A stretch of 64,000 nt of DNA from Felis catus (Eukaryota), in assembly GCF_018350175.1 (NCBI RefSeq), contig NC_058368.1, forward strand, positions 166,782,001-166,846,000, written 5' to 3'. Numbering within the stretch: position 1 is the stretch's first letter; every line of letters starts with the position of its first letter. Shown here piece by piece: positions 50,621 to 64,000 of the stretch. The notes beneath the pieces were generated by a model. The model was not told the origin of the DNA and did not search any database. It worked only from the letters and a program-made list of their open reading frames with translations. Both the position numbers and the translations under genes were made by a program.

Positions 50621-52989
50621 TCAGGAGGTGAACTTCTAACTACAGACCTTGTCTGTGTTCAAAGAGTCCTCTAGGCAATATGTTCCCTGTAATTGAAAGA
50701 TTCTGAGTACTGGGTTTAGTTCCTTCCTAAAAAAGCTGGAGTGGACTGTGGCTCGTGGCCTCATTTCTAGTAAGAAAATGTGACAGAAAGGCAAGGCTTT
50801 CCTGGCAGAACTAGGAGAGAGTACTACTGCACTGAGATCTATTTACAATGCCAAAATTAGCCAGTGGAAAGGATGAGAGCATGTTTTTCTTGAACCAGAT
50901 GTGTACTATACTGCAGAGAGCTGGCATGAGATCATCATGGGTCCTACAAAGTAGACCTGCCAAGAGAATTAATATCTTATCAGAAAGAAGATACAGCTGT
51001 ACAGTTGAACCCCAAATGCCAAAGAAAGTGACAAGGAACTGCTGCAGAAAATGATTCAACCTGTGTCAGAAGAACTGGAGCAGTTAGGGACCTCTGAAGC
51101 TGAAGCAGGAACCTCTGAAGACTCTCTAGAAGGAGTGTACCCCAAAAGTAAAACCAACACTTAAAACATCTGCTGTCAGCTTGGTCGCATCCCTTTACCT
51201 CTCTTTCTAATCCTCGTTTCTCTCCAGAAAGCTGGAGAAAAAACAGGAGGAAAGAATAGAACAGGAAATAAGCTGACAAAGCAGTAGAAAACAGAAGTGA
51301 ATTGTGGTCTCTGTGTCTCACTGAAGGATTCCAGGCTAAAATAGGGGGTAAGGGGGACAGATTTAGATTTTATACAAAATCAAGCTTGAAATTCTGATTG
51401 TTATTATAAGCCTGCAAAGGCTATTTGGTAAATTGAGTAAATATGTTCAAACTCAAATATTGAAAAACCATCTATGAGCTAAGCTAAAGCAGAAAATCTG
51501 GGAAACTGCAGGGCTTTTATGAAAAGTTAGAAGTTTTTCTCCCAATAAAAATGTGATGTCATAAGTCAGGTTTGATCAAAGTGTATTTGATCATGTGTAT
51601 TATTCTTCATAGAGAATTACTAAAAATATAATGAACTTGTAGTTAGTTGCATAACATCATTGTTGGACAACTATTAGCATAAAAATCCATATATTAAATC
51701 CCATATAAGTAACTATGTGAAATAATTTACTAATATCCTTCACATAGCTTGGAAAAATGTATATTCCCCGTTGATACTATTGCCATGAAAATAGTTTCAA
51801 TTATCTATACATAGTATATTGTAAATATACTATAAATATTTCCAATTTACTATTTTGAACGACTACAAAATATAATAGTCATAAATTTCATTATCAAAAG
51901 AACGTAGAATAAAAATAAACCACAATGAGGTCATTACAAAAAAGGGGGATATCTTTGTATTGTTTTGCATAAAATGAAATACCAACACCAAAGGACTTTG
52001 TCTTGACTATTTAACAAAAGAAGTGAATTATAGACACTTTGAGCACATGTCTTTTTCTGAGTAATTATGTATGTATAAACCAAAATTCAGGCAATGAATA
52101 CAAACTGGATCTTAATGAGCAACAAGAATCTAAGAATGAAAAACAAACAAAAAGCCAAGAGAACCACTAATGATGTTACAATTGGTACTATGAGTTTTTT
52201 TATATTTGGATGACAGCAGCATGGTTCATAAGCAAAATAATCAAGTTTCACTTTTTTCCATTACCAAATTAGCCTTTTGCTAATTTCTTATGACCTAAAT
52301 CTATTAATTTTGTTTGAGTCTTCATTTCCAATCTTCACCAAATCAAGATGCAGAGCCTAAAAATGAGTCAGGTTTCAATTTCTTAACTGGAAAGTGAACA
52401 CACTCTTTTCATGAATAATTTATTAAACAAAATAAATTGTTTTATGGCTTTCTAGACAAACCAAACACTAAAACTATGAGAAAGCTATGGTCTCTTCTTT
52501 AAAGACTTTGGAGTTTACAAAGATATTGACTCTCCATGTACATTTTTACTCAGTTGGGTTGCTATTTCTATTATAACAGAGCAGCTTGAGCACGTCTATT
52601 TCTGGGATTAGCTATACCTAAGGAAGATGCATGTATTAAGGAAATAAATAGAAATGGAAGTGATATATCCAAACTCATTCTATGAGGCCAGGATTACCTT
52701 CATTCCAAAACCAGACAAAGACCCCGCTAAAAAGGAGAACTACACACCAATTTCCCTGATGAACATGGATGCAAAAATTCTCAACAAGATACGAGTAAAC
52801 TGAATCCAACAATACATTAAAAGAATTATTCACCATGATCTGGTGGGATTTATTGCCAGGCTGCAGGGTTGGTTCAATAGTCACAAATCAATAAATGTGA
52901 TATATCATATTAATTAAAAAAAGAATAGGAACCACATGATGCTCTCAATAGATGCAGAAAAAGCATTTGACAAAATACAGAATCCTTTC

Positions 52990-53227
52990 TTTTAAAGCAT
53001 ATTTATTTTTGAGAGAGGGAGGGAGGGAGAGAGAGAGACAGAGAGAGAGAGAGACAAAGAGCACAAGTGGGAGGGGGCAGAGAGAGAGGGAGACACAGAA
53101 TCTGAAGCAGGTTCAGGCTCTGAACTATATCAGTAGAGAGCCCGACACAGGCTCAAACTCATGAGCTGTGAGGTCATGACCTGAGCTGAAGTCAGACACT
53201 TAACCCACTGAGTCACCCAGGTGCCCC
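52990..53227 (-). mobile_element. Felid Can-SINE nested in L1
   Basis: TSD tacag(aa/ct)tcctttctt. Confidence 0.94.
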
Positions 53228-53910
53228 TACAGCTTCCTTTCTTGATAAAATCCCTCAAGAAAGTAGGGATAGAAGGAACATACCTCAAGATCATAAAAGC
53301 CAAATATGAAAGACCCACAGCTAATAACATTGTCAATGGGGAAAAACTGAGAGCTTTCCTGCTAACATCAGGAACACTACAGGGATGTTCACTCTCACCA
53401 CTGTTGTTCAGCATAGTGTTGGAAGTCCTAGCCTCAGCAATCAGACAACAAAAAGAAGTAAAATGCATTCATATCAGAAAGGAAAAAGTTAAACTTTCAC
53501 TCTTTGCAGATGACATGATACTCTATGTGGAAAACCCAAAAGATGCCACCATAAAACAGCCAGAACTGATACATGAATGCAGTAAGGTTGCAAGATATAA
53601 AATCATCATACAGAAATCTTTGGCATTTCTGTACACCAATAATGAAGCAGCAGAAAGAGAAATCAAGCAATTGATTCCATTTACAATTTCACTGAAAACC
53701 ATAAAATACCTAGGAATAAACCTAACCAAAGAGATAAAAGATCTATATGCTGAAAACTATAGAAAGCTTAGAAAGCTTACGAAAGAATTTAAGAGGACAC
53801 AAAGAAATGGGAAAACATTCCATGTTCATGAATTGGAAAAACAAATATTGTTAAAATGTCAATACTCTCCAAAGCAATCTACATATTCAGTGCAATCTCT
53901 ATCAAAATAA
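53228..53910 (+). pseudogene. L1 ORF2 reverse-transcriptase fragment (non-functional)
   Basis: ORF 53221..53910 contains [15 protein letters not shown]; frameshifts after KEF. Confidence 0.93.
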
Positions 53911-56141
53911 CACCAGAATGCTTCACAGAACTAAAACAAACAATTCTGAAATTTATATGAAACCAAAAAAGACCCCAAATGCTCAAAGTATTTTTAAAAA
54001 AGAATAACAAAGCAGGATGGATCATAATTCTGGACTTCAAACTGTATTACAAAGCTGTAATCATGAAGATGGTATAGATCTGGCACAAAAACAGACACAT
54101 AAATCAATGGAAGAGAATGGAGAACCCAGAAATAGACCTATAAATGTATGGCCAAGTAATCTTTGACAAAACAGGAAAGAATATCCAATGGAAAAAAAAA
54201 GTCACTTCAACAAATGGTGCTGGGAAAAGTGGACAGCAATATGCAGAAGAATGAACATGGACCACTTTCTTACACCATACACAAAAATAAACTCAAAATG
54301 TATTTAAGAGCTAAATGTAAGACAGAAAACCATCAAAATCCTAGAGGAGAAAAAAGGCAACAACCTCTTTGACCTCGGCCACAGCAACTTCTTATTAGAC
54401 ATGTCTCCCAAGGGAAGGGAAACAAAAGCAAAAATGAAGTATTGGGACAACATTGAGATTAAAAAAAAACTTCTGCACATCAAAGGAAACAATCAAAACT
54501 AAAGGGCAACCTACAGAATGGGAGAAGATATTTGCAAATGACATATCTGATAAAGGGTTAGTATCCAATATCTATAAAGAATTTGTCAAACTCAACACCC
54601 AGAAAAACAGATAACTCAGTGAAGAAATGGGCAAAAGACATGAACAGACACTTTTCCAAAGAAGATATCCAGATGACTAACAGACACATGAAAAGATGCT
54701 CAACGTCACTCATCATCAGGGAAATACAAATCAAAACCACAATGAGATACCACTTCACACTTGTCAGAATGGCTAAGATTAACTACTCAGGAAACAATAG
54801 ATGTTGACAACTATGCAGAGAAAGGGGAACCCTTTTGTTTTGTTGGTGGGAAAGCAAACTGGTGTAGCCACTCTGGACAACAGTATGGAGGTTCCTCAAA
54901 AAAATTAAAAATAGAACTACCCTGCGACCCAGCAATTGCACTTCTGGGTATTTATCCAAAGGATACAAAAATGCTTATTTGGAGGGGAACATCCACCCCA
55001 ATGATTATAGCAGCACTATCAATAAAGTCCAAATTATGGAAAGAGCCCAATGTCCATCAGTGATGAATGGATGTGGTGTATACATATACTGGAATATTAC
55101 TTGATCAAAAAGAATGAAATCTTGCCATTTGCAACAACATGGATGGAACCAGAATGTATTATGCTAAAGGAAATAGTCAGAGAAAGATAAATATCTTATG
55201 ATTTCACTCATATGTAGAATTTAAGAGATGAAATAGATGAACATAGGGAAGGGAAGGAAAATAAGATAAAAAGAGAGAGGGAGGTAAACCATAAGAGACT
55301 CTTAAATATAGAGTCTTAAGGTTGCTGGAGGGGTATTGGGTGGGGGGATGGGATATTTGGGTGATGAGCACTTAAGGTGGGCACTTGTTGGGATGAACGT
55401 TCAGTATTATATGTAAATGATGAATCACTAAATTCTACTTCTGTAGTCATTATTCCACTATATGTTAACTAACTTGGATTAAAATAAAATTTAAAAATTT
55501 TAAAAAGAAAAATTCCTCATTAAAAAAATTACAGTTAAACCTAGATTCAGTCCCCCCTATCTTTACAAATAAAATATTTTGATGTATGGTTAAAAGGAGA
55601 TTAAACCTGGCTAATCCCCCCCTTTGCCTAATGTGAATGAGCTGATTTTGATTAGCATATACTAGATAAAAGGTCAGTAAAGGATTTCCCTTACCTGATT
55701 TCCACATTTTCATTAATGATAGCATCACTATCAATGGCTCATTTGTAGGTAGGAAAAGCTTGAGGTAAAAGATAATCATAGGGAACAGAAATCATTCACT
55801 TGATTTCTTCTACTCCCAATTCTGTTTGGTATGCAATATTAAAATACAACTTTTCAGTTTAAGATAGTGATCTGAACATTCTTCTTCCTGCTCATAGCAG
55901 TGACGAAGTTCTAAAGGAATAAAATTTGTAACCCCAGATTCCTATGCCAAGATAAGGTAAAAGGAACATTTGGAGAAGGCACAAAATACATTTTAAAATT
56001 TATAGGAATTGTGCATAAAATATCTCTAATGTTCTCCACCTGAAAAATTACTTTAGGTAATAGTGTAGCTCATGGAAAAAGGAGCATAAAATATTACAAT
56101 AAAATTATTTAAACATAAGAATTACTCTAAAGGCTAATATA

Positions 56142-56316
56142 GGGGTGCCTAGGTGGCTCAGTTGGTTGGACATAGGACTTTTTATCTCAGCCCAGGTCAT
56201 GATCTCATGGTTTGTGAGTTTGAGCCCTGCATCAGGCTCCATGCTGATTATGTGGAGCCTGCTTGGGATCCTTTCTCTCCCTCTCTCTCTGCCTCTTCCC
56301 TGATCATGAGCATATG

Positions 56317-56378
<62 letters not shown>

Positions 56379-56410
56379 ATAAATAAATAAACTTTAAAAC
56401 AATAAAAAAA
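56142..56410 (+). mobile_element. Can-SINE with an expanded (CT)n tract
   Basis: Canonical head; (CT)n at about 56320-56375. Confidence 0.94.
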
Positions 56411-56680
56411 ATAAAAGCTAGGATAAATAATGTATTGATACAAAATGCAAGTAGTATAATTACTGAAGTAAAGATTAACTGAAAGTATTAATAATTCAAC
56501 TAAAATACACTGGGTCAGTATCCTGAATGTACTAGAAAAAATGAGAGAAATTTAAATAGTTGCAACATTGAGTTCACTAATTTCTGTATCTATGAGAATT
56601 CAACAGATATGGTTTCATTTCTGTAACTGATAACTTTTCTTCTCCATTTTGGAATCATATATTTACCTTAGTTATTCAAC

Positions 56681-56882
56681 TTTTTTTTAATGTTTATTTA
56701 TATTGGGAGAGAGAGAGCAGAGGAGGGGCAGAGAGAGAGAGAGGGAGAGAGAGAATCCCACATAGCCTCTGCACTGTCAGCACAGAGCCCAACCCAGGGC
56801 TTGTTCTCACAAATCATGAGATCATGACCTGAGCCAAAATCAAGAATCAGAGGCTTTAACTGACTGAGCCCCCAGGTGCCCC
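56681..56882 (-). mobile_element. Can-SINE
   Basis: TSD ttaccttag(t/g)tatt. Confidence 0.93.
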
Positions 56883-57399
56883 TTACCTTAGGTATTTATA
56901 TTTAACCTTATGTTTACATGGATAGAATGAACACTCATCTTTTTTAAGCCTTTCTTTCTAATTGTTCATACTCAATTGAGTGTTCTTAAATTTGTTTTTG
57001 ATTGGCTGGATTTCATCTTCAAATAGATTTCCCAAGACTTGCTGTTTATTTCCCTTTATATTGCTTTTCCCCAGGATGCATTTTTTTGCCTTCACTCAAG
57101 AATTACGCTTGGCTATCCATGGAACTATTTACTCCTCCCTTTTTGAATTTATAGACATGATAATCTCTTATTCTGGCATCTAAGTGTTACTAAGTCTTAA
57201 CTCAATTTTTTTTTTCTACAGGCTACTTGCTTCTGCTAATAGCAGTCACTCTGTTGTAGCCTTGCAAAGATATGCCATGAACATGCAAGCATAACTGTGC
57301 AAATAATCTGTTTTTAATCGATACAAAAGGGAGTACATCATAAACATGTTTCTGAACTTTGCTTTCTGGAAAAAAGTTCTAGTCAGCAATATCTGAAAC

Positions 57400-58260
57400 T
57401 TCTTGTGTGTTCCTAACTTCACCCACAGTGTTTTCAAACTGTTTAATCTTTGCCAATTAAAAGTTAAAAATGGAATTTCATAATAGTTTTATTTTATATT
57501 TTATTTCTCTGATTATACATGGGGTGATTATCTTGTCATATGTTTAAATAATTCCCATGGTGTTTACTTGAAATATTTGTCATATTCTTTGCCCATTTTC
57601 TGGTAGGTTACCAATTTATATCTTATTAATTTGCACTAACATTTTATATATTAAGGAAATGGAACATTTTTCATGGTAAATGTTCTAAATAATTTTCCTA
57701 CAAATTTAAATGTATCTGCCTACTCAACTGGGCCTGTATCACTTACTGAATAACTTCTCTTTCCCCCAGTGATTACATTGGCACTTCTGTTATTTATCAA
57801 ATCCTAACATATGACCCCTAACAGTCTGCTTAATGGAACCATTTCTATATTCATGTACTAGTGTTTACTTTTTAAATGACTATTTTTATAGATGTTTTAA
57901 TCTTTGTTTGTATTAGTCATATTTATCTCTTTTCCAGAATATCAGAATATTTCTAAAATTTTCTTCATTTTTTTATCTTTCTGAAAACTTCAGGATAAGT
58001 TAGTAAAGGTTCAAAAACTATTTTAGTAATTTTGGAGGATTGCATTACATGTACAGAATAATTTAGGAAGAATTTTAAATATTTCCTGCTTGGTCTTCTA
58101 TTGCAAAAGCAAAGTATACTTCTCCATATATTGGTTTCCTTAGTGTCCCTCAAAAGCAGTTTATTCATATATGTATATCTTTTCATTCCATGTGAAATAT
58201 ATTTTTAAATGTGTTATTTTTTTATTACTATTACAAATGGGATCTGGCCATTTTTATTGC
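57400..58260 (-). mobile_element. Very old L1 antisense fragment
   Basis: tttaatctttgccaat, tcatattctttgcccattttct, ggattgcattaca. Confidence 0.55.
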
Positions 58261-58323
58261 ATTTTCTTGCTATATGCCTCACCTTTTGTCTAAAAATGTA
58301 TATCTCACATTATTTCTAAACAT

Positions 58324-58367
58324 GGTAGGTAGGTAGGTAGGTAGGTAGGTAGGTAGGTAGGTAGGTA
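58324..58367. repeat. (GGTA)n microsatellite
   Basis: Direct observation. Confidence 0.95.
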
Positions 58368-60019
58368 GATGACAGAATTATGTCATCTTTGATTTTTTAT
58401 AATTCCATTTTCTATGAATTCTTTCCCAGCAATACCAGTTATTTATATGTTTGCGCTCTCCATTGTTTGGTCTGCACACCAGTCAGTCATTTTCATATCT
58501 GTAAAGTTTTCTAATATACGAAGAGTAATTTTCTCAAGTCTTCCCTCTGTTGATTTGTGTTACTGTTTCTATTACTAAAGTATTGCAATGTTATTTTTCC
58601 TTTATTTTATTTCACCGATCTGTAAAATGTCTCAATGCTCTCTCATTCTATTTCACTCTTTTTTTTCTCACTCTTTCCTTTAAGTGTCAGTGTGGTCTTC
58701 TTTCAAGTCCTCTTTCATTCTATCTCTTATCCCACGTTGTGTTGAATTACCTTGAAATTGTGAATTATGCGTTCCTTTATACACCAGAATTAATCTTTTT
58801 CCTATGCATGCTAATCATCTGTCTTTTGACGACATAACTACCACTTGCTTGACTAAAAACTCTGTAGATCTCATTTGTTTGAATGTGTGATATTGTTACT
58901 GTTATTTCTGTTGTTAACCTATAAACACATTAACTCTAGGCCTTCTATTTTCTCTGAAACAATGAAAGCAGAATTCTCGTTTACTCTTTTTTTTTAAATT
59001 TATTTGAACATGCTATGAAAGTGCTGTTTAAAAAATGAAATTGAATATTAAAGATTGACTCTTTATACTAGTTAGTTATTAAATTTTTAGGTATTAAGGA
59101 GGAAATTAGAGGCTTGGGTTTCTTAGTGAAGAAATACTGTTCCTGTAAGGTTTTTCTCCGAATAAGTTGCATTGCCATATTTCAGGTCTCAGTAGATTGG
59201 CAATACAAACTGTCGCACCAACAGATGTTTTTGTTTTTTTTTTTTTTTAGAGTTATTTGTCTAATATCGTGACTTGATGAGTTAATGAGAAATTTTGTAA
59301 TCCTCAGACTCTGTTTGAACACCCAACTGTGTTTTTGCCACCATTGATCTTTGCTGCCTTCTAGGAAATTTTTCCTGGTGCCCTTCACGCGACTGCCTGG
59401 GTGAGGCTGGGTGACGATTTCCCACATTACTTATGATACACATCTCCACTTCTTTTGATTTTGCTAAATTGGTGGATGAGGTGTTTTAAAGATAGTTTTA
59501 TAGAGAATTTTCTTCACTTATCTTCTCTATAAAACACACTCTGTCAAAAGGAGGACTTGTAAATGTATTTTCAGCACCTTCCAGTTTGGTCCCAATAATA
59601 CTGACTTTGGCCAATATTTAAAATGTGTTGTATTAGGTTGAGGTTATTCCCAAATGTGGTTAATGTTACTCCATAGAACAAAGAGTGTATTTATTGCTAA
59701 GAACCTAATCTAAAATGTAAGTATAAATGATGCACTCTACTTAATAAAAGCACTTAATAATGCTTAAAAATAGAAAAAAATGACAGAAACATAATAATTA
59801 GAAATGTTGATACATCTTTATTATTGAATGATTAATAAGGCAATGACAAATAAGAATTTCGAACATATTTTGGAGTTAGTAAATACACATAAACTTTATA
59901 TACTATAATCTGTGATTAGACCTCATTTTGGAGAACATGGAGCATTTATAAAAATTATAGCATGCTCACATTAAGAGTACCTCCAAGAATCAGAGACCCA
60001 GAAGGACCATATCAGAAGG

Positions 60020-60510
60020 TTAAGAGGAATAGATGAATCCACTATTATAGTTGGAGATTTTACCGCCTCTCTCAGAATCAGACAGATCTAGCAGGCATAA
60101 AATCAGAATGAATATGGTTGACCTCAGCAACATCATGGATCAGCAGGATGTAATGGACATCTATGAACTACGTACACTAACAACAGCAGAATACACATTC
60201 TTCTCAAGCTCACATAGAATATTCACCAGGGGTACACTACATTCTGGCCCCAAACCACACTTTAATAAATTTAAAAGAATAGACATCATACAATGTCTAC
60301 TCTTAGACCACATTGGAATTAAGCTAGAAATCAATGACATAAAGATAGCTAGGATCTCCAAATATTTGGTAATTAAACAACACTTCCCAGAAACATATGA
60401 ATCAAAGAACTTTTAAAATATTTTGAACATACAAGTACTTTTAAAATGAAAAACACATCAAAAGCAGTGATTAGTGGGAAATTTATAGCACTGAATGTAT
60501 ATGTTAAAGG
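60020..60510 (+). mobile_element. L1 ORF2 endonuclease-domain fragment
   Basis: attatagttggagatttta (IIVGDF), AEYTFFSSSH, DHIGIKLEIN in ORF 60051. Confidence 0.9.
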
Positions 60511-60832
60511 CATGAAATGAGTATTGAGTCACATCTACATTGGTTTCATTGGATTTATCAGACTGTGGCCTCAAAATAGACAAGAAAACAGTTTATACAA
60601 TGCTACATCTTGTCATACACTGAACATGTCACCACTCCATCCTGTCTTGTGTCTTTTCACGCTCTCTAATACAAAGAACCCATGTACTTGGCTCATTTTT
60701 TCTACATATGCACAAACTTACACCTTGTTGGAAAAGGTGTGTGTAAGGGGAAGGAGCGCACTGGAAGATATGCCTATATCCTAAATGAATCAATCAGATA
60801 TTTACAGAATTGAGTTAGAGCCTAGGTGAAGT

Positions 60833-61044
60833 TTTTTTTTAATTTTTTATAAGTTTATTTTTATTCATTTCATGTGTAAGAAAGCACAAGTGGGTGAGGG
60901 GCAGAGAGAAGGAGAGACAGAATCTCAAGCAGGCTCCACACCATCAATGACTGATGTGGGACTCGAACTCACAAACTGTGAGATCATGACCTGAGTGGTG
61001 ATCAAGAGTAAGATGCCTAACTGACCCCGCCACCCAGGCCCCCC
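60833..61044 (-). mobile_element. Can-SINE
   Basis: TSD agcctaggtg. Confidence 0.92.
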
Positions 61045-61329
61045 AGCCTAGGTGTGGGTTAGATTCTAAAAGTAGAATGTTAGGTAAAAACTTCATATAT
61101 TTTAAAGTTACCTTGAAAATCCCCTAGAAATCTGTCAAAGAAAGAAAATAAAATTTGCTTCTAAAGACTAAATTCTTACACAGCAGGTGAGATACCCATA
61201 ATTCATTCATTCTCTGTCTCTCTCCTTCTATGGTCATATTCATATATGCTAAATCAAGATGACCATATATACCAATTTTCACTGTGAAGTCACAGATATA
61301 CCCATTATTAGATCCCTTTTACTCTCAAA

Positions 61330-61680
61330 ACATATTCCAGTTTGAACTATAAAGGTGTAACACAACAGAAATCCTTTGTGGTGAGGAAACAGTGCTGAAA
61401 CTTGATTTTGGTGGTGGTTATATGAATCCATACATTTAATAAAGTGTCATAAACTACACACAAAGACATTTTTAAAAAAAAGTAGAGTCCAAGTAAGATC
61501 TGGGTCATATTCATTGTAATGTGCTGATATCAATTTGCTGGTTTTGCCAGTGTATTCTAGTTATATGAAATGTTATCATTGGAGGAACCTGGGTGAAGTG
61601 GGTACAAATTACGTCTCTATACTATTTTTAAACTTCGTGAGTTTGTAATTTTTTCAAAATTTAAAAATTAAATATAAAAA
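61330..61680 (+). mobile_element. Old L1 (L1MC/MD-like) 3' end
   Basis: cttgattttggtggtggtta, gttatcattggaggaacctgggtgaag, tctctatactatttt. Confidence 0.75.
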
Positions 61681-62164
61681 AATTTATAGCATACTTTTTT
61701 TTTTTGTCACACACTGCCCCCAACAAAGAATGAATTTTAGACATGAAAAGCCAATACCCAGCATAGTTTTTGTTGTTTTTACAGCAGGTGCTTGTTAGGT
61801 AAGATAGGGTCACAAAAAAGAAAAAAAAAAGGAAATAAAAGATATATAATGGGCAAGATGCCCAAATGTGGATCCTCAGAGAAGAACCTTATCTAGATAC
61901 TATTGTCCATTTTGTTTCATTCAATTTGAATTTGAGTAGATACATAAGAGCTCCAAGAGCATTTGGATCATTTATTACTTAAGTGTTAGATTACATTTTA
62001 AAATAGATTATTTTGAAAAATGTACTTTAATAATATATGTGAATAAGAACATGTTTTGCTGCAAAAGTTTGATGTTACATGACTTCTATTTCCCATTAGT
62101 TTCTTCTTTAATCACTAGAAACTGATCCTTATTCTAAAGTATTCATCCATTAGCAGTCCATTCA

Positions 62165-62385
62165 TCCTGGAAACATTTATTGAATACATTTACTACACCA
62201 GAGACTGGTTTTACCTTACATGCCTCATCTCTTTTCATCCTTACAACCATCCTATCATATTGGTTCTATTAACATCCAAATTTTAATATTAAGGAATCTA
62301 AGACTGAGTAAACTAATTGGCTACCATGTCTAGAATTATTATTTGGACCAATTTTACTCTGAAGGTCATGCTTTTAACTTCTATT
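62165..62385 (-). mobile_element. MIR remnant
   Basis: catttattgaatac, tcatccttacaaccatcctat, aaggaatctaagactgag. Confidence 0.6.
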
Positions 62386-62449
62386 ATTGGCTCTTGAGTT
62401 GTAATTATAAAATCTGGCTGTATATTAGTATAACATAAAGATATTTTTA

Positions 62450-62670
62450 GGGGCACCTGGGTGGCTCAGTCGATTAAGCGTCCGTCCGACTCTTGATTTC
62501 AACTCAGGTCATGATCTCATGATTCCTAACATTGAGCCCCAAGTAGGGCTCTGACAGCATGGAGCCTGCTTGGGATCCTCTCTCCCTCTCTCTATGCCCC
62601 TCCCCTGCTCATCCATGTGTTTGCGCTCTCTCTCTCTCAAAATAAATAAACATTTTTTTAACAAAAAATG
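62450..62670 (+). mobile_element. Can-SINE
   Basis: Canonical head; TSD agatattttta. Confidence 0.94.
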
Positions 62671-64000
62671 AGATATTTTTAAAAATCATTATACCTAGGT
62701 TACATTCCACATTGGCAGAATCAGTACCTTCAGAGATGGGGCAAGGCATCTGTCCTTAAAAATCTAATAACAACAACAGTAGCACACTCACGTGCACATA
62801 CACACACACACACACACAATGCATATGTATTGTTGATCTGTTTCCAATGTTGAGACTCTTACTTCAAAATTTATGCAATAATCTTATTAATATTATAGCA
62901 AAATGTGCATTTTGTTAATATCAATAATATTTAACCTGTTTATATTCTTTTGTCATTCTCAAAAGACCATAAAATCTTCAATATTAAAAGACCAGAATAA
63001 TTGCAAGAACTTTAGCAGGTATAATACCTTGTCCTTATTAATTATTATGTATAAAGATAATAATTTGCAAAGATTCAGCATTTTGGTTTAGATTTTCTCC
63101 AGCCTCAAACTGTCTTAACACTTCAAAGATCACATCCATTTAATCCCTTTGTTCCTGCTGCACTTTTCTCAGCACATGAACAGTGCTAGCATTTTTCCAG
63201 ACCTATCTGCCCATTGAATCCTGTATAATTTGCTACAACCAAACTGGATAGGAGGAGGTCCCAGTACATGAGGTTAAGAACTTACATATTTGCTAAGCTC
63301 TGCCTGACTCTTCTTCAGCCCGCAAATTTCCTCAATTTTGAAGCCTTTGACTTCTCATTTTGGTCACAGTCTTGCCCTAGGCTCTAGTAAAATTTTAACC
63401 TTAGAAAACAGAGACCTGCAGAGGTCAAATACCAGTTTTTATCATTCAGAATCAAGATGCACCCCACACTTAGCCCACTTTGACTCTGAGCCTCTGTTCT
63501 GTGTGGGACTCAGCCTTTTCCCCACCACTCAGTCTCATTTTCTATCACTACTATTATAACTTCTTTCCATGTCTGACCATCCTACATGTTTAATACCCTA
63601 GATCACAGAGAGCTAAAGAACAATATTATCAAGTTTTCTTGTAGTTTATATATAGGTTGGTTTAACTGTGCATTTAAGGATCACAAAGCCAGAATACTGG
63701 AATTCACTGAACAAAGAAGGAAAAATGCCTGCTCCTTTCTATCTGATGATCTTTTTAACAAGATACAATACTCAGATTCCCGGTGATTTTTTTTTCCCGT
63801 GGATTTGCTGGTGATGGTGTAATTCTAGTGAGGCCCCTGGGACACTAGCTTGTCTGCTTGGATCCAGCTTCAGCTGTTTTCCTAAGTACTGCCTTGAATT
63901 AAAGATGTTCTCAAAAAAAAAAAATCACAAAAAAGCAAGAACCACTCAATACCTTAACTCTGACCATATCTCAGTAATTTCTAAATACATTCTGCTCTGA

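Larger units (their letters stand above)
52645..55510 (+). mobile_element. 5'-truncated carnivore L1 (ORF2 RT through 3' UTR and poly-A), disrupted
   Basis: [18 protein letters not shown] at the start, [10 protein letters not shown] and LFADDM RT motifs, YLGINLTK, and a carnivore L1 3' UTR; contains stops and frameshifts. Confidence 0.96.

Noticed and set aside
50740..51420. Possible Gypsy-like mammalian LTR and overlapping ORFs
   Set aside because: Similarity too vague to assign by eye.
53221..55063. Reverse-transcriptase ORFs as an active or novel retroelement system
   Set aside because: Ordinary L1 ORF2: 5'-truncated, SINE-interrupted, with stops and frameshifts.
55696..55760. Minus-strand exon-like unit (ttttacctcaag ... 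CAG|gtaagg)
   Set aside because: Short, with no recognisable peptide or partner exons; such matches occur by chance in 64 kb.
1..64000. CRISPR arrays, rRNA, intact tRNA, NUMT, CpG island
   Set aside because: None seen; tRNA-like and CpG-rich sequence is confined to SINE heads and young SINEs.

Overview
AT-rich, gene-poor mammalian DNA, most likely from a cat-family (Felidae) genome: several young tRNA-derived Can-SINEs carry the felid SINEC_Fc-type sequence. No host protein-coding gene was recognised, and most ORFs in the track are SINE, L1 or microsatellite artefacts. The window holds 22 Can-SINEs, many L1 fragments (the largest a 5'-truncated carnivore L1 at about 52.6-55.5 kb with RT motifs), old L2, MIR and CR1/L3 fragments, MaLR and ERVL LTRs, and microsatellites. 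The main unexplained structure is a ~350-bp inverted repeat of apparently non-repeat sequence (25279-25628 / 26375-26716). It has two perfectly identical tracts of 140 and 157 bp, decayed edges, and a 746-bp spacer carrying splice-site-like signals in both orientations. Other observations: a 24-bp locally templated insertion inside a SINE, an orphan 231-nt exon-like unit with consensus splice signals, and a phased cluster of TCF/SOX-type motifs. Repeat family names come from recognition by eye, and old-element boundaries are approximate.
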